This document shows, piece by piece, positions 1-10,408 of a DNA stretch of 64,000 nt; the stretch's first letter is position 1; the number at the start of each line of letters is the position of its first letter. The notes under the pieces are model-generated. The model made no database searches, had not been told where the DNA came from, and saw nothing but the letters and a program-made list of their open reading frames with translations. Source of the DNA: Nannocystales bacterium (lineage in GTDB: Bacteria > Myxococcota_A > Polyangia > Nannocystales > Nannocystaceae). The stretch covers positions 1 through 64,000 of the forward strand of contig JBOEGF010000040.1 in the NCBI GenBank assembly GCA_050633305.1. The letters run 5' to 3'. A program made the position numbers and the translations under genes.

Positions 1-722
1 CCGAGGCCGTGCTGGCGCTCGTCAATGAGGCGAACTTCGACACTCTCGATCTATCGGTGAGCTCCGGAGGCGTCGGCCTCGACGCTCGCGCGGCGGGTGG
101 CATCGTCGAGCACCGAGCCGGACCCGATGGTGTCGAGGATACCGACGACGACGAGCTCTTCGACACCCTCGCCGAGCTCGACGCGGTCCCGTACGTGGGC
201 GACGTCGCGCTTTCACGGCTGGCGGACTACGCCGCGAGCAACGGGTACCTCGATCCCGAGCCTGAAGCGTGCATTCCCGAGGTGCACCTCTCCTCGACCC
301 ACACCGTCCGGGCCGTGGCCTGGTCGGGGAACCCGTATCTCGACTCGTTCACCCAGCGCATCGAGGTCACCGCCACGCTGCGGCCGGACGAGGATCCCAC
401 AGGCACCCTCCGTCTGGTCGGTCCACGGTGGACCCAGCCGCTGATCGAGTCGACCGGATTCCACGACTCCGGGAACTGGATCACGTTCCACAACAGCATC
501 CACAGCTCCGCGGGCAACAGCCACACCTTGAGGGCTGGGATCAGTACCTGGCCGGAGGCATACGTAGACGAGGACATGGACATCTACGGCTACAACTGGG
601 ATCTGTGGGGCCCCAACAGCCGGGAGGCGCAGTGCCGCGTGTCCTGCGGTGACGTGGTCGTCGACGAGCCCTGCTCCGCCTACGACACCTATGACGCGTT
701 TCTCGAGGACATGGGCTGGTAG
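1..722 (+). CDS. Helix-hairpin-helix domain protein, 5'-partial
   Basis: Frame is open to the window edge. LDARAA..IV.HR.GPDG...DDD..FDTLAELDAVPYVG..AL..L is the HhH (ComEA-like) module common in myxobacterial secreted proteins; C-terminal domain unrecognised. Confidence 0.7.
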   Translation, partial: EAVLALVNEANFDTLDLSVSSGGVGLDARAAGGIVEHRAGPDGVEDTDDDELFDTLAELDAVPYVGDVALSRLADYAASNGYLDPEPEACIPEVHLSSTHTVRAVAWSGNPYLDSFTQRIEVTATLRPDEDPTGTLRLVGPRWTQPLIESTGFHDSGNWITFHNSIHSSAGNSHTLRAGISTWPEAYVDEDMDIYGYNWDLWGPNSREAQCRVSCGDVVVDEPCSAYDTYDAFLEDMGW

Positions 723-826
723 GTCGCGTCGGCGAATCGACGTCCGCATCGGGCTCTGTCTAGGCGGCAACAACGACGGAGCCCGGAAGCGCTGTCGGGT
801 TCTCGTAGCCGTGCGGGTCCCGGCCC

Positions 827-2158
827 CTACACCTCGAGCTCGTGGAGCACACCCGCGTGGAGCCCGGCGAACATCGAGCGAGCCTCGGCGGGCTCCGGCA
901 GGCCCAAGACGGTGTGAACGCTCGGGTCCTGGGCGGGCGTGAGCTCCTCGCGGAGTCGCTCGATGCTGTGCCGCGCGCTTCGGGCTACGCGTGCGCGCTC
1001 GCCCGGTTTCATCCGGCTTCTCGCCCAGCCGTCGATGGCCCAGCTCAAGCGTGCGTGGCGGGTCTCGTCGCGGGCGATCGTTCGCATGGCATGCCGAAGC
1101 GCGGGGTCTTGGGCGCGTCGTGCCTGTGCGTGCGCCACCAGGGCGCCAAACGTCTCGCGGACACAGCCCTCCGCGGCGTTCTCGGCAACCACCGATACCA
1201 TGTCTTTCAGGGGCATGCGTCTCACTCGAGGGGCTCTGGGCAGTCCGCCGTGGCGCCGCGCGAGGCGGGCCATTGTGCGTGCGTGCCGAACCTCATCGAG
1301 GCGGGCGCGTTCGGCCTCGCCGACGAATGGCGTCGGGGCACCGTGCGCGCGGAGCTCTCGGCCGAGTTGCTCGAACGCGGGCACGGCAGCGGCCTCCATC
1401 TCAGCGACCGCGACCAAGGCTCGGCCGACCGGGGAAACGCCTCGGCGCACGTTGTTTCGGCAGTAGCCTCGGGGCAGCCGACCTACCGAGCAGCCAGGCT
1501 CGCCCTCTTCGACGACCTCGGAGTCCAAGACCTCGATGCTCCCATCGGCGCGGACCAACACGACGTGCTGCACCACATCGTCAGGGCACCCACTGCCGGT
1601 CGTCGTGTGAAGCACATGGCCCTCGGCGTGTTCCCCAACGTCGTCTCCCGGCCCGCAAACGATGGCGTGACCTCCGATCTTGGCCCACAGGGCCGCGTCC
1701 CCCGGAGCGTCGATCTCCCCGAGGAAGGCCTGAATGTCGGCCGTCGAAGCCAGCAGTCCGACCTCGTCTCCTCGGGTGAACGCCAACGTCGTGTGAACCC
1801 AGACGTCGCTGAAGCCGCCGCCGCTGAGCAGCTCGGATTCGTACGGCAACATGCCGAACTCGGATGCGCAGGCGTCCGCGTCCGAGGCCCCACCGCACTT
1901 CTCGCCATCTGAATCGGTGACCTGCCCTTGGGAGGGCGGGTCCAGTGGGTCGAACTGGTTTGCGGTCGCTTCGCGCAACTCCATGTACTCGACCGCGTCG
2001 GCCGGTTGCACCGCCATCAAGGGACGAAGGTCGCCGTCCGAGCACAGATCCAACGAGAATTGGTCGAGGTCCAACCCCGGCTCGGCGTCCGACTTGGGAG
2101 TACAACCAATCGCGCTGGCCGCAAGCAGCCCCGCAAACACCTTCTGCAACCGATCCAC
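827..2158 (-). CDS. Ferritin-like (diiron) domain lipoprotein
   Basis: Lipobox SAIGC; Cys-rich N-half; GRLP hinge; carboxylate/His motifs EAAAV, DEVRH, ENAAEGCVRE, DETRH. Confidence 0.8.
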   Translation of the reverse strand: MDRLQKVFAGLLAASAIGCTPKSDAEPGLDLDQFSLDLCSDGDLRPLMAVQPADAVEYMELREATANQFDPLDPPSQGQVTDSDGEKCGGASDADACASEFGMLPYESELLSGGGFSDVWVHTTLAFTRGDEVGLLASTADIQAFLGEIDAPGDAALWAKIGGHAIVCGPGDDVGEHAEGHVLHTTTGSGCPDDVVQHVVLVRADGSIEVLDSEVVEEGEPGCSVGRLPRGYCRNNVRRGVSPVGRALVAVAEMEAAAVPAFEQLGRELRAHGAPTPFVGEAERARLDEVRHARTMARLARRHGGLPRAPRVRRMPLKDMVSVVAENAAEGCVRETFGALVAHAQARRAQDPALRHAMRTIARDETRHARLSWAIDGWARSRMKPGERARVARSARHSIERLREELTPAQDPSVHTVLGLPEPAEARSMFAGLHAGVLHELEV

Positions 2159-2505
2159 AGCGAGAGTCTACTGCAACAGCCACGCCATGCCCCGATTCCG
2201 GGCGCTTCGAGGAGTGGTGCTCCGCGGGACCGAGACGTCGGCGTCCGGTCCATGGCGCTCGTGTCGTGGGTCCGACAGAGCGAGGCGTCGCCCATTCGGA
2301 TGCTCAACGGCAAGACCCCTCGGTGGCGTACGGTCATCGTCCACACTCTGCTCGTCCCAGAACCTCCGAGCAGGGTGGCCACTCGCGCGGGCCGGTCAGC
2401 GGTTTGCCAAGCAGGTGAGCGTCGGCGTGGATTGATTTCGAGAGTGTTGGAATCGATTGGGGTTCGGAGCGCCACTGAAGGGGCCGAAACCACGAAAGCC
2501 CGGAC

Positions 2506-2988
2506 GTGCACACCAAACTTCGCCTGCAATCTCTGAGCCTCTTCTTGCTGCTTCCGTCGTTCGTCTCCGCATGTGGACACGGCGATTCTTCGAACACCGA
2601 CGAGTTCCGCGTGGTTGTGTTCGATGGGGAAGACGTCGCCGCTCGACTTTCCGCCGATCCCGAGCAGCGTTTCTTCGTCGATCTGCGAGAGGACGTTGTC
2701 TACGAGTTCGATCAGAGCGAGGCGGAGATCGACTTCTCGGCCTTCGACCTGCAATGCCCGTCCATGAGGTTCCCGGTCGAACTCTTGGGGTGGATGGAAA
2801 CCGGAGCGGTTCTCGATACCTCGCTCACCCAGCAAACTTGGTTCTCCGTCGCCCGATGGGAGGGGACGGCGGAGGACTCTCATCGCATCAGCGGCCCGCC
2901 GATGATGGAGGAGTACCTCGGCGACGGATGCTGGTTGCACTGTGACGGAGGCGGAGAGGACTGCGTAGAATGCTGCGCCGGGTCGTGA
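2506..2988 (+). CDS. Hypothetical lipoprotein
   Basis: Signal peptide with lipobox VSAC; typical codon usage; Cys-rich C-terminus. Confidence 0.6.
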   Translation: MHTKLRLQSLSLFLLLPSFVSACGHGDSSNTDEFRVVVFDGEDVAARLSADPEQRFFVDLREDVVYEFDQSEAEIDFSAFDLQCPSMRFPVELLGWMETGAVLDTSLTQQTWFSVARWEGTAEDSHRISGPPMMEEYLGDGCWLHCDGGGEDCVECCAGS

Positions 2989-3156
2989 CGGCTGAGGGTC
3001 GCAAGCCTCGTTGAGCCGGATCCACGAGCGAGCCGGGCACAGACCAGGGCGCAGGAGCCTATTGCATCGTGCTTGGTCGTGCTCTGGTTGATGACCGGTG
3101 GTTCCGGGTGCGGAAGCGATGCCCCGTTGGGGGGGACACCGATGACACGACGCCGT

Positions 3157-4524
3157 TCAGAGCACGAAGTGCTGGAGTGTAACTTCCGACACGGGTGACT
3201 CTGTGGCTGACACCACGAACAGTCCGCCCGCGTCATCGGGCATCGCTTCCAGTGCCGCTCCGTCGGTCGCGCGACTCCATCGTAGCTCTCCGTCGTCCGT
3301 ATAGACCTCGACCGACTCGCCATTGCGAATCACGACCCCATTCGGGAACGACCCTACGACGAAGCCCTGTGTTGTCCGTGGCTCAGGGGCTGAGGGGATG
3401 CCCTGCGGGTCGATGCGCGTGCGTTCGGTTTCCGTCCAGACGACGATCTCGTCGCCGTGGGAAAAGGCGCGCGGTGCTGTTTGGCCTTGGGCGGGCCACG
3501 TGGTCGACGTCCACTTCGGCACGGTGAGAATGTCGACGCCGGTGTGCAGCGCCACGTCGTTGGCCTCCGGATCCCACACCAGGACGGTGACCTGTTCGTC
3601 TCCGCCGACGACGAGGCCCGCAGGGTGCAGCGAGAGCGTCGGCCCGAGGTTCGGAAATCCTGCCACGACCTGGGAGTTCCCCGCCGCGGTCGTGTGCCGC
3701 AAGGACGCGGGCGTGACTTGGTGGGGTCGGTGCAGGCTGAGGAGCCCTTGGTTCATCCAGCGGATGTTGCGGCACTGCCCCCACCCGTCAAGAGTCTCCT
3801 CCCAGATCAACTCGCCGTCCGGCCCAAGGCGACGAACCTGGCTCGGCTGCGGCTCCCCCGGGCTGCCCGAAGAAACGACGCCACCATCAGGAGAGGCGGT
3901 CATGCACACTTGCATCGCGCCAGAGCCCGACGGTGGCACCTCGGCACCAAAGACAACCGTCCCGTCTCTGCCCACCCGCGTGAGGAGCCCTCCTGGCGGG
4001 GAACTCGAGCTCGCAAACACGTACGCGTCGCCATCGCGGACATCCAGCACCTCGAACCGGGCCGATGCCAGATCGACCGAGTGCGCCCACGTGGGCGTGC
4101 CGCTGATCTCGCACAGCTGGCTGCAACCGTCTGCATCCGAAACGTTGCCGTCATCGCATGCCTCCGCATCATCGAGCTGACCATCGCCACAGACGTGGAC
4201 CTCGGCGGTTGTACTGTCGCTGGACCCCTCCGACGGAACGGACCCCGTACTCGTGCCGGTACTCGTGGACATGCCCGGTCCCGGCCCGCTCGAGCCCTCA
4301 TCTTCCGCCTCAGCCCCGGTTGACTCCCCACCGGGCGTCTGCCCCGTCACGGAGTCGGTCAGCGCCGTCGTGGGTCCACAGCCCCAGCAAGCCAGAAAAC
4401 CCCCCCAGAGTATCCTGACTCCGGTTCGTCGACCGAGATCCGCTGTCCATCGCACGCGCAGTCCTGAGTTGATGGGCGGCTCAAACGGGTGATCTTTTTC
4501 TCCAACCGCCAGCGATGCGTCCAC
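3157..4524 (-). CDS. Lipoprotein with myxobacterial Cys-rich repeat and probable beta-propeller; true start probably ~4420
   Basis: LACWGC lipobox, S/T/G linker, CGDG..D..EACDDGN..DADGCS..C repeat. Confidence 0.7.
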   Translation of the reverse strand: MDASLAVGEKDHPFEPPINSGLRVRWTADLGRRTGVRILWGGFLACWGCGPTTALTDSVTGQTPGGESTGAEAEDEGSSGPGPGMSTSTGTSTGSVPSEGSSDSTTAEVHVCGDGQLDDAEACDDGNVSDADGCSQLCEISGTPTWAHSVDLASARFEVLDVRDGDAYVFASSSSPPGGLLTRVGRDGTVVFGAEVPPSGSGAMQVCMTASPDGGVVSSGSPGEPQPSQVRRLGPDGELIWEETLDGWGQCRNIRWMNQGLLSLHRPHQVTPASLRHTTAAGNSQVVAGFPNLGPTLSLHPAGLVVGGDEQVTVLVWDPEANDVALHTGVDILTVPKWTSTTWPAQGQTAPRAFSHGDEIVVWTETERTRIDPQGIPSAPEPRTTQGFVVGSFPNGVVIRNGESVEVYTDDGELRWSRATDGAALEAMPDDAGGLFVVSATESPVSEVTLQHFVL

Positions 4525-4606
4525 GCGGGCGAAACAGCGGGGCTCCGTCTAGCTTCGGGGTCGCGGGCGGTTGGGCATGATCGCCCACAGGAGGGTGCTC
4601 GGGGGG

Positions 4607-6208
4607 TCACGGACGGCCTGCGGAGCCCCCCAGGTCGCCCAGCAACGCCTTGAGCGTCACGAAGACACGGTGTCGACGGTCGAGCTCGCAAAGGGTGAGG
4701 CCACGGCACTCGTAGCCGAGCGCATAACGAGCGTCGAGATCCAAGAACGGCAAGATCTTGAAGCTTGCGCCGACATTGGCGTAGTGGGTCCCGAACCGTG
4801 CTCCCTCCGCGCCCTGTTGCTCGTGGATGAGGTTGTACTGCATTCCGACGCCCAAGCGCTCGTGGGCGAGGATGTCCAATCCCGCGTTGGCCGTGATCGC
4901 TTGGTACTTCTCGTCGGAGAGCAACGCGGTGTCGTTCGGGTCGACGACGTCGTTGAGGACCCGCGAGCCGTTCGCAAATGGGCGAACGCGACCGTCCCAG
5001 AACTTCAGCATGAAGCCGCCGCGCAGGTTGTAGCCCTCGAGCTTGGCATCGGCGCGGGTATTCGTGTTGGTGTTCGCCTGGAACCATTGGCCGGAAAACT
5101 GGGCCGAAACGTACTTGTGGTCGTAGCGAAGCGAAGGCGAGACCAGGTACACGTGGAACGTCGGCGTGGGAAAGCCTCGAGCGTCCCGGCCAACCTCTGA
5201 CCACGGCACCTGATAGAAGCGGGAGAACGGCGGAAAGGTGCCGCCGATCATGACGGTACCTGTGGTCGAAGTGGGGTTGCCCGCGTTGGTGGTCAACCCA
5301 AGTCGCAACCCTTCCAGAGCCCCCTTTTCCGGACCGTAGCTGATGTGCAGCCCGTTGCCCCGGTTGAACCCGGAGTACAGCAGAGGATTTCGTGCAAAGT
5401 CATCGGTGAGCAGCAGGTTCCCCACCGCGTAGAACGAAACGAAGTCGAGGCTCGTGGGGTCCGTGATCCGCCCCGCGTCCACACGGAGACCTCTCCACTG
5501 CAAGCGCATGAGCTGGTTGCGAACCTGGATGGCCGCTTGGCCCTCCCATACGCTGGTTCCATAAGGCCCGGCGTTGAGTTCGAGCTCGCTGACAAGCGAG
5601 AAGACCTCACCGTAGTGGGCGCGTACGCCCAGACGGGACAACGCGACGGTCGTGAACCGATCCTCGCGACGGTCGGGGGACATCTCGGTGCCCGTGTTGT
5701 CGATGTGCTCGTAGTAGCCACCACCGACGACGGCGATGAACGGGTTGATGTGGAGCGTCTTGCCCTTGATATCCTTTGCAAACCCGACCCCGTCGGGGCG
5801 CTGAAGCTCACGCTGTTCGACGGTCAGGCTCTCATTGGCGGTCGGTGGCTCGAGCGTGGTGACCGGTGACGTGGGCTGCGGTGTCGTTACGACCGTGGTC
5901 GGCTCGGGCTGTGTTTCCGGCTTAGCCTCCGGTTCCGGCTTAGCCTCCGGCTCCGGCGTTGGTTCCGGCTCCGAATTAGCCTCTGGCTCCGGCGTTGGTT
6001 CCGGCTCCGGCGTTGGTTCCGGCTCTGGACTCGCGGCGTCCGGAGATGTCGACTCCTCGGTCGGGTCCGCGTTCTCGGGCACGGACGAGACCTCGGGCAA
6101 GCTCGGCTCAGGTTGCCGAGCTGCGTAGGCAGGAGTGGCGCACTGCAGAGCCGCAATGGCCCCAACAGTCACCCAGGGGCATGCACGAATCATGAGTCGA
6201 CGTCTCAT
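4607..6208 (-). CDS. Probable outer-membrane beta-barrel/porin with Pro-Glu repeat linker
   Basis: Signal peptide (AYA), PEPEPT repeats, then amphipathic beta strands rich in aromatics, Gly and Asn. Confidence 0.65.
   Translation of the reverse strand: MRRRLMIRACPWVTVGAIAALQCATPAYAARQPEPSLPEVSSVPENADPTEESTSPDAASPEPEPTPEPEPTPEPEANSEPEPTPEPEAKPEPEAKPETQPEPTTVVTTPQPTSPVTTLEPPTANESLTVEQRELQRPDGVGFAKDIKGKTLHINPFIAVVGGGYYEHIDNTGTEMSPDRREDRFTTVALSRLGVRAHYGEVFSLVSELELNAGPYGTSVWEGQAAIQVRNQLMRLQWRGLRVDAGRITDPTSLDFVSFYAVGNLLLTDDFARNPLLYSGFNRGNGLHISYGPEKGALEGLRLGLTTNAGNPTSTTGTVMIGGTFPPFSRFYQVPWSEVGRDARGFPTPTFHVYLVSPSLRYDHKYVSAQFSGQWFQANTNTNTRADAKLEGYNLRGGFMLKFWDGRVRPFANGSRVLNDVVDPNDTALLSDEKYQAITANAGLDILAHERLGVGMQYNLIHEQQGAEGARFGTHYANVGASFKILPFLDLDARYALGYECRGLTLCELDRRHRVFVTLKALLGDLGGSAGRP
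5905..6030. repeat. Coding 18-bp tandem repeat (EPEPTP/EPEAKP)
   Basis: Repeated ccggctccggcgttggtt / ccggcttagcctccgg units. Confidence 0.85.
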
Positions 6209-6217
6209 CGGAACGTT

Positions 6218-7477
6218 CTAGAATCCCAGCTTCTCGCCGATGATGCCGTGTGCCACCGTGCTGCGTGCTGCACCGTAGTGGTTGCGGAAGAGACCGCAGA
6301 AAAAGTAGTTCGAGGTGTCGAAATCATTGAGCCCGATGGTGCGGTTGTCTGCTCCGAGCAGGGCGGAGCTCGTCTGGGACACGAAGAGGTCTTGCTGCTC
6401 TCCACCGTCCAGGTCTTCCATGACGATCGTTGTCCACTCGAGCGTGTGGCCTTCACAGACATCGTGGCCAAACGCATTCACTCCGTCCGAGCACGGGGTT
6501 TCATAAGCCCCTTCAGGGCCGTTCAAGGGGATCGTGAAGTAGGTGGGCGAGTACGCCGCGCGGTTGCCCATCTCGCAGGTCACCGTCCCTCTCATCGTGG
6601 GGTTCGTGCCGCACAGCGGGAAGCTGGACACCCCGTGGTTGGGACCGGCGAGAATGAAGGCGTGGTCGATCTGCGGGTACGGATTGAACCCTTCATTCAC
6701 GATCAGACGACGCAGGGCATCGCGGGTCACCGTCGCGCCCAGCGAGAAACCCACGACCACGAAACGGCGATCCGGGTTCTCTTCCATCATGGTGCGGATG
6801 AACGACTGGGCGATGGGCACAGCCCAGCCGTGGTCCATGTTCCTCGCCGCGTTCTCGGTGTCGTTGTTCGTGTTGGGATCGTCGACGAGGTCGAACCGCA
6901 GATCTGCGGCGACCGTTCGGAAGCCGTTTGCGGCGAGCAGTTCGGCCAGCTGCTCCCCGCCTTCGCCGCCCAGCGGGGTCTTGCAGGACCCCGCTGGGTC
7001 GAACGTCTCCCACGAGTCGGGCGTGTCCGAGTTGCCGTGGACCAGCAGGACGATCGGCTTGCTCGTGTCTTCTTGGTCTGTGTAGTCCTTGGCAGCGCAT
7101 GGGTAGCCGTCGATCGACGCGGGCGTGTAGGCGAGACCTTCCGCGCTGCAACCCACATGCGCCGCGAGGTCGTCGCGGTAGTTGACCTCGACGGCGTCTT
7201 GTGCATCGTCGAAACTGGGCAGGTCCGGTGTGCCGGTGCCGGTGCCGGTCTCGTCGTCATCACCCGATTCGTCGTTGCTCGTGCCAGTCGTTCCCCCGGG
7301 GTTGTCGGTGCCGTCGCCGGGGGTGCCCGTCTCATCGCTCGGGCCGCTGGTATCACCCCCGCTGGTGGGGCTTGCAGTCTCCCCATCGGTGTCGCCGCCG
7401 CCGAGGTCGGTGCACCCGGAGGCGAGCAAGGAGGTAAGAAGGGCGGTGGCCCACGGAGTTTTCGTCGCGTTGTTCAT
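6218..7477 (-). CDS. Lipoprotein alpha/beta hydrolase (class 2 lipase-like)
   Basis: ATG at 7477 (MNNATKT...LASGC lipobox); IVLLVHGN oxyanion region; GFSLG nucleophile elbow; AGPNHG. Confidence 0.85.
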   Translation of the reverse strand: MNNATKTPWATALLTSLLASGCTDLGGGDTDGETASPTSGGDTSGPSDETGTPGDGTDNPGGTTGTSNDESGDDDETGTGTGTPDLPSFDDAQDAVEVNYRDDLAAHVGCSAEGLAYTPASIDGYPCAAKDYTDQEDTSKPIVLLVHGNSDTPDSWETFDPAGSCKTPLGGEGGEQLAELLAANGFRTVAADLRFDLVDDPNTNNDTENAARNMDHGWAVPIAQSFIRTMMEENPDRRFVVVGFSLGATVTRDALRRLIVNEGFNPYPQIDHAFILAGPNHGVSSFPLCGTNPTMRGTVTCEMGNRAAYSPTYFTIPLNGPEGAYETPCSDGVNAFGHDVCEGHTLEWTTIVMEDLDGGEQQDLFVSQTSSALLGADNRTIGLNDFDTSNYFFCGLFRNHYGAARSTVAHGIIGEKLGF

Positions 7478-7706
7478 CGGGGAAGTCCTCGATGCAAATA
7501 TGACACATGAACCACCATTCATATTTGGGCGAAAGGCTAGTTTGCGCCACGAATCCAGACGAAACACCGCGCGACAAGCTTTGATGCGCAAATGGCGCCG
7601 CTGCGACGGCCGACACGCGGGCGTGGTGAGGGCGGCGCGGCCATGCGACGCCTCCGCGGATGAACATTGGCGCTCGGTCCTGGACGGCGCGGCATATCGA
7701 GTTCTT

Positions 7707-9029
7707 TCAGCAACCCGAGCCTGACTCGTCGAAGGTCCAGCAGCTGCCGAAGCGGTACATGGGAACCTGCGCAATGTAGCCGTATGTCGAGCCGCAGCCG
7801 AGGTAGCCGGCGACGTCCAGGCGCTGTGAGACGTAGTGGATCGTGCAGCTGCCGCTGGCCACTTCGTCGGCGGTGATGGGGTCGCCGGTCTCTCCGGAGC
7901 CACCAGAGCTTTCGCCGCTGCTCGAGTTGTCGCCGGTCTCTCCGCCCGAGCTCTCGCCCCCGCTGGAGCTGCTGCTTGTGCCTGCGCTACCCGCCCCGTC
8001 GCCGAGCAAGCCGAAGAACTCGGCCTGACGATAGGCGGCACAGACTCCGCGGTCATCCATGTACGCCGCAGCGCCTCCACAGCCCGAGCTGGGGTCGATG
8101 GCGAGTGCGTGCCCCATGCCCGAGACGGTGACGTGCTCGACGAGGAGCTCGCCACCGGAGTCGTATCGGTCTCGCGACTGCCCGTCGACGACGTCGGTCG
8201 AGCTCGGCGTAGAGGAGATGCCATGGACATTCGACCATTGCTCGGCGAGCTCGACTCCATTCATGGGAGCCACAATGCTGTCTTGCGTGCCGTGCCAGAT
8301 GGAGACTCTTGGATAAGGGCCTTCGTAGGTGCCGTACGCGTTGCGCACGAGGTCTCCCCACTGCGACGGCGACAGGTTCCGCCCCGGGTTTTGGCAGCTG
8401 AACGCGCCGGTGACCGACGTCGCGCATCGGTATGGGACACCCGCGTTGATCGCTCCTCCTGCGAATCGATCGGGCCACGTCGACAACATCACCGCCGTCT
8501 TGGCCGCTCCGGCGGAGAATCCAACCGCGAACACACGGTCCTCGTCCGTAGCGAAGTTGTCGAGCACGTAGTCGACCATCGACACAATCGACTGGTTTTC
8601 GCCCTGCCCACGGACCAGGTTCGCCTCATCGCCATACTCCCCCGCCCAGTTGAAGCAGCGCACCGGGTTGTTGCCGGTGGTTTGTTGCGGGTACACGAGA
8701 TAGAAGCCCTCGTCGTCCGCGAGTGCTTCCCATCCAGAGGTCCGGAAGGTCGAGACTTGCTGGGTGCACCCGTGCATCAAGACGACGACCGGCGCATCGG
8801 GAGCGACGGTGTCGGGTGCATAGAGGAACATCTGCAGTCCCCCAGGGTTGGCACCGAAGTTTTGAATCTGTTGAAGGGTTCCGGTTCCGTTTCGGAGCTC
8901 CGTTGACCCCGTGTCACTCTCCGCGCTCTGACACCCGCCGAGGAGGAGTCCGCCGAGGAGCACCCCCACGGCCACACGCTGCGATCCGCTCTCGCTCCGA
9001 CTCCGACCACTGAATACGCTCGATTTCAT
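7707..9029 (-). CDS. Extracellular PHB depolymerase-family esterase (LpqC-like), lipoprotein
   Basis: NFGANPGGLQM, VVLMHGCTQ, YPQQ..N...CFNW, GFSAG, WHGTQD, GMGHA; S/G linker and small C-terminal binding-type domain. Confidence 0.9.
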   Translation of the reverse strand: MKSSVFSGRSRSESGSQRVAVGVLLGGLLLGGCQSAESDTGSTELRNGTGTLQQIQNFGANPGGLQMFLYAPDTVAPDAPVVVLMHGCTQQVSTFRTSGWEALADDEGFYLVYPQQTTGNNPVRCFNWAGEYGDEANLVRGQGENQSIVSMVDYVLDNFATDEDRVFAVGFSAGAAKTAVMLSTWPDRFAGGAINAGVPYRCATSVTGAFSCQNPGRNLSPSQWGDLVRNAYGTYEGPYPRVSIWHGTQDSIVAPMNGVELAEQWSNVHGISSTPSSTDVVDGQSRDRYDSGGELLVEHVTVSGMGHALAIDPSSGCGGAAAYMDDRGVCAAYRQAEFFGLLGDGAGSAGTSSSSSGGESSGGETGDNSSSGESSGGSGETGDPITADEVASGSCTIHYVSQRLDVAGYLGCGSTYGYIAQVPMYRFGSCWTFDESGSGC

Positions 9030-9165
9030 ATGAATACTGAATCATGTGTCATGTTTAAAAGGAAGGCAGCTCCCGGTTTTAGGGCTTCTCCGGCCCGCCG
9101 GTTTCTCTGGGCATCAAGACGGAATCCGGGCCTGGACCTACGGATGAGGTCGAGGGCCTGCTCGG

Positions 9166-10134
9166 CTAAACGATGCGGTCCGCGAGCGCGTGCGCGCTGT
9201 GCCAAGCGCCCTCGAGTCCAGGTCCCCCGCACCAATCTCCACAGGCGCCCGCCCGGGCCTCGGCATCCCATAGGCAGCCGTCGGCCAAGCCCGCGGACCC
9301 GCGCGCGTACTGCCACCGGTGTGCCTTGGCGTGCCGCACCGGCCCGAACGACAAACCCGAGGCTGCCTCCATTGAGCGGAGCAGTGCCTCGATCACTGCC
9401 TCGGGGTTCGACTCCCACTGCGCCTGGCTCCACTCGCTTCGCGCGTGCAGAACCCATCCGGGTGTGGCGTCACGGCCGGGCTTGCTCGCCTGAGAGAACG
9501 CGCGAAACACCGGACCACGTTCGAACTCGGCCGCGTCGAACCCCGGGGACCATGGCTGCTCCGGCACGACCATCACCGACCAACATGGTGCCATCGACAC
9601 CGCCCTCGCGGCCTCCTGGAGCGTCGGTGCGTCTCCCAGCAGCGGCGCCGCCTGGCCTGAAGGCGTGTTGACGATGACGGCACCGAAGATGCCTAGCGCG
9701 GCCCCATCCTCGTCCCGCAACGCCCATTCACCACCGGCTCGCGCGATAGACCCAACCCGAACCCTGGTGCGAACATTCAGACCCGCGGCCAAGGCCGCCG
9801 GGATCGAGCTCATCGATGGGGTTCCGACCCACGCCGAGGGGCGCCACACCGTCCGCGTCGCGTCGGCCCCGACTCTCCAGAACCGCCCTTCCCACCGGGC
9901 GACGAACCCCTCGGCCGCCCACCCCTGCACCACGGCCTGAAACCGTGGCGACCGAGCGGTGAACAAGGGGGCCCCGTGGTCGAACCTCGTGGTTTCGGCC
10001 CGCCGGGTCGACAGGCGGCCACCGGGTTTGCGCCCTTTGTCGAACAGAACAACTGTGAGCCCCGCCGCGACCAGCCGCCGGGCGCAGAGGATGCCCGCCA
10101 ATCCCGCACCCACGATGGCAACGTCGGCTTTCAC
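9166..10134 (-). CDS. Renalase-like NAD(P)/FAD-dependent oxidoreductase
   Basis: GAGLAG dinucleotide motif, DKGRKPGGRLSTRR, FDHGA, HRWQYA, CGDW. Confidence 0.9.
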   Translation of the reverse strand: MKADVAIVGAGLAGILCARRLVAAGLTVVLFDKGRKPGGRLSTRRAETTRFDHGAPLFTARSPRFQAVVQGWAAEGFVARWEGRFWRVGADATRTVWRPSAWVGTPSMSSIPAALAAGLNVRTRVRVGSIARAGGEWALRDEDGAALGIFGAVIVNTPSGQAAPLLGDAPTLQEAARAVSMAPCWSVMVVPEQPWSPGFDAAEFERGPVFRAFSQASKPGRDATPGWVLHARSEWSQAQWESNPEAVIEALLRSMEAASGLSFGPVRHAKAHRWQYARGSAGLADGCLWDAEARAGACGDWCGGPGLEGAWHSAHALADRIV

Positions 10135-10408
10135 GCACGGGACCTAGCCGCCCTCGCGCCGTTTGCAAGAGACCGCACGGTCGCGCCGTGACGCGCCGGG
10201 CACCATCGAAACCCTCTTGGCCCCACCGTGACGCTCGGCGACTGCCGTCTCTCCCGGATTTCTCGGCCACCGCGTACCTCGACCACGCCGCCATCTCGTC
10301 CTGTGCGGGCTGGGGCCTACGAGCCTTTGACGCGCCCTGCATTGCGAGTGGGCCGCACTCGGCTACTCCAGCGCCGGTCAGCTCGGCAACGAAGCTCCGC
10401 CGAGCGCC

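Noticed and set aside
7478..8260. N-terminal 260 aa of ORF 6218..8260
   Set aside because: Overlaps the PHB depolymerase in another frame; the lipoprotein signal begins at 7477.
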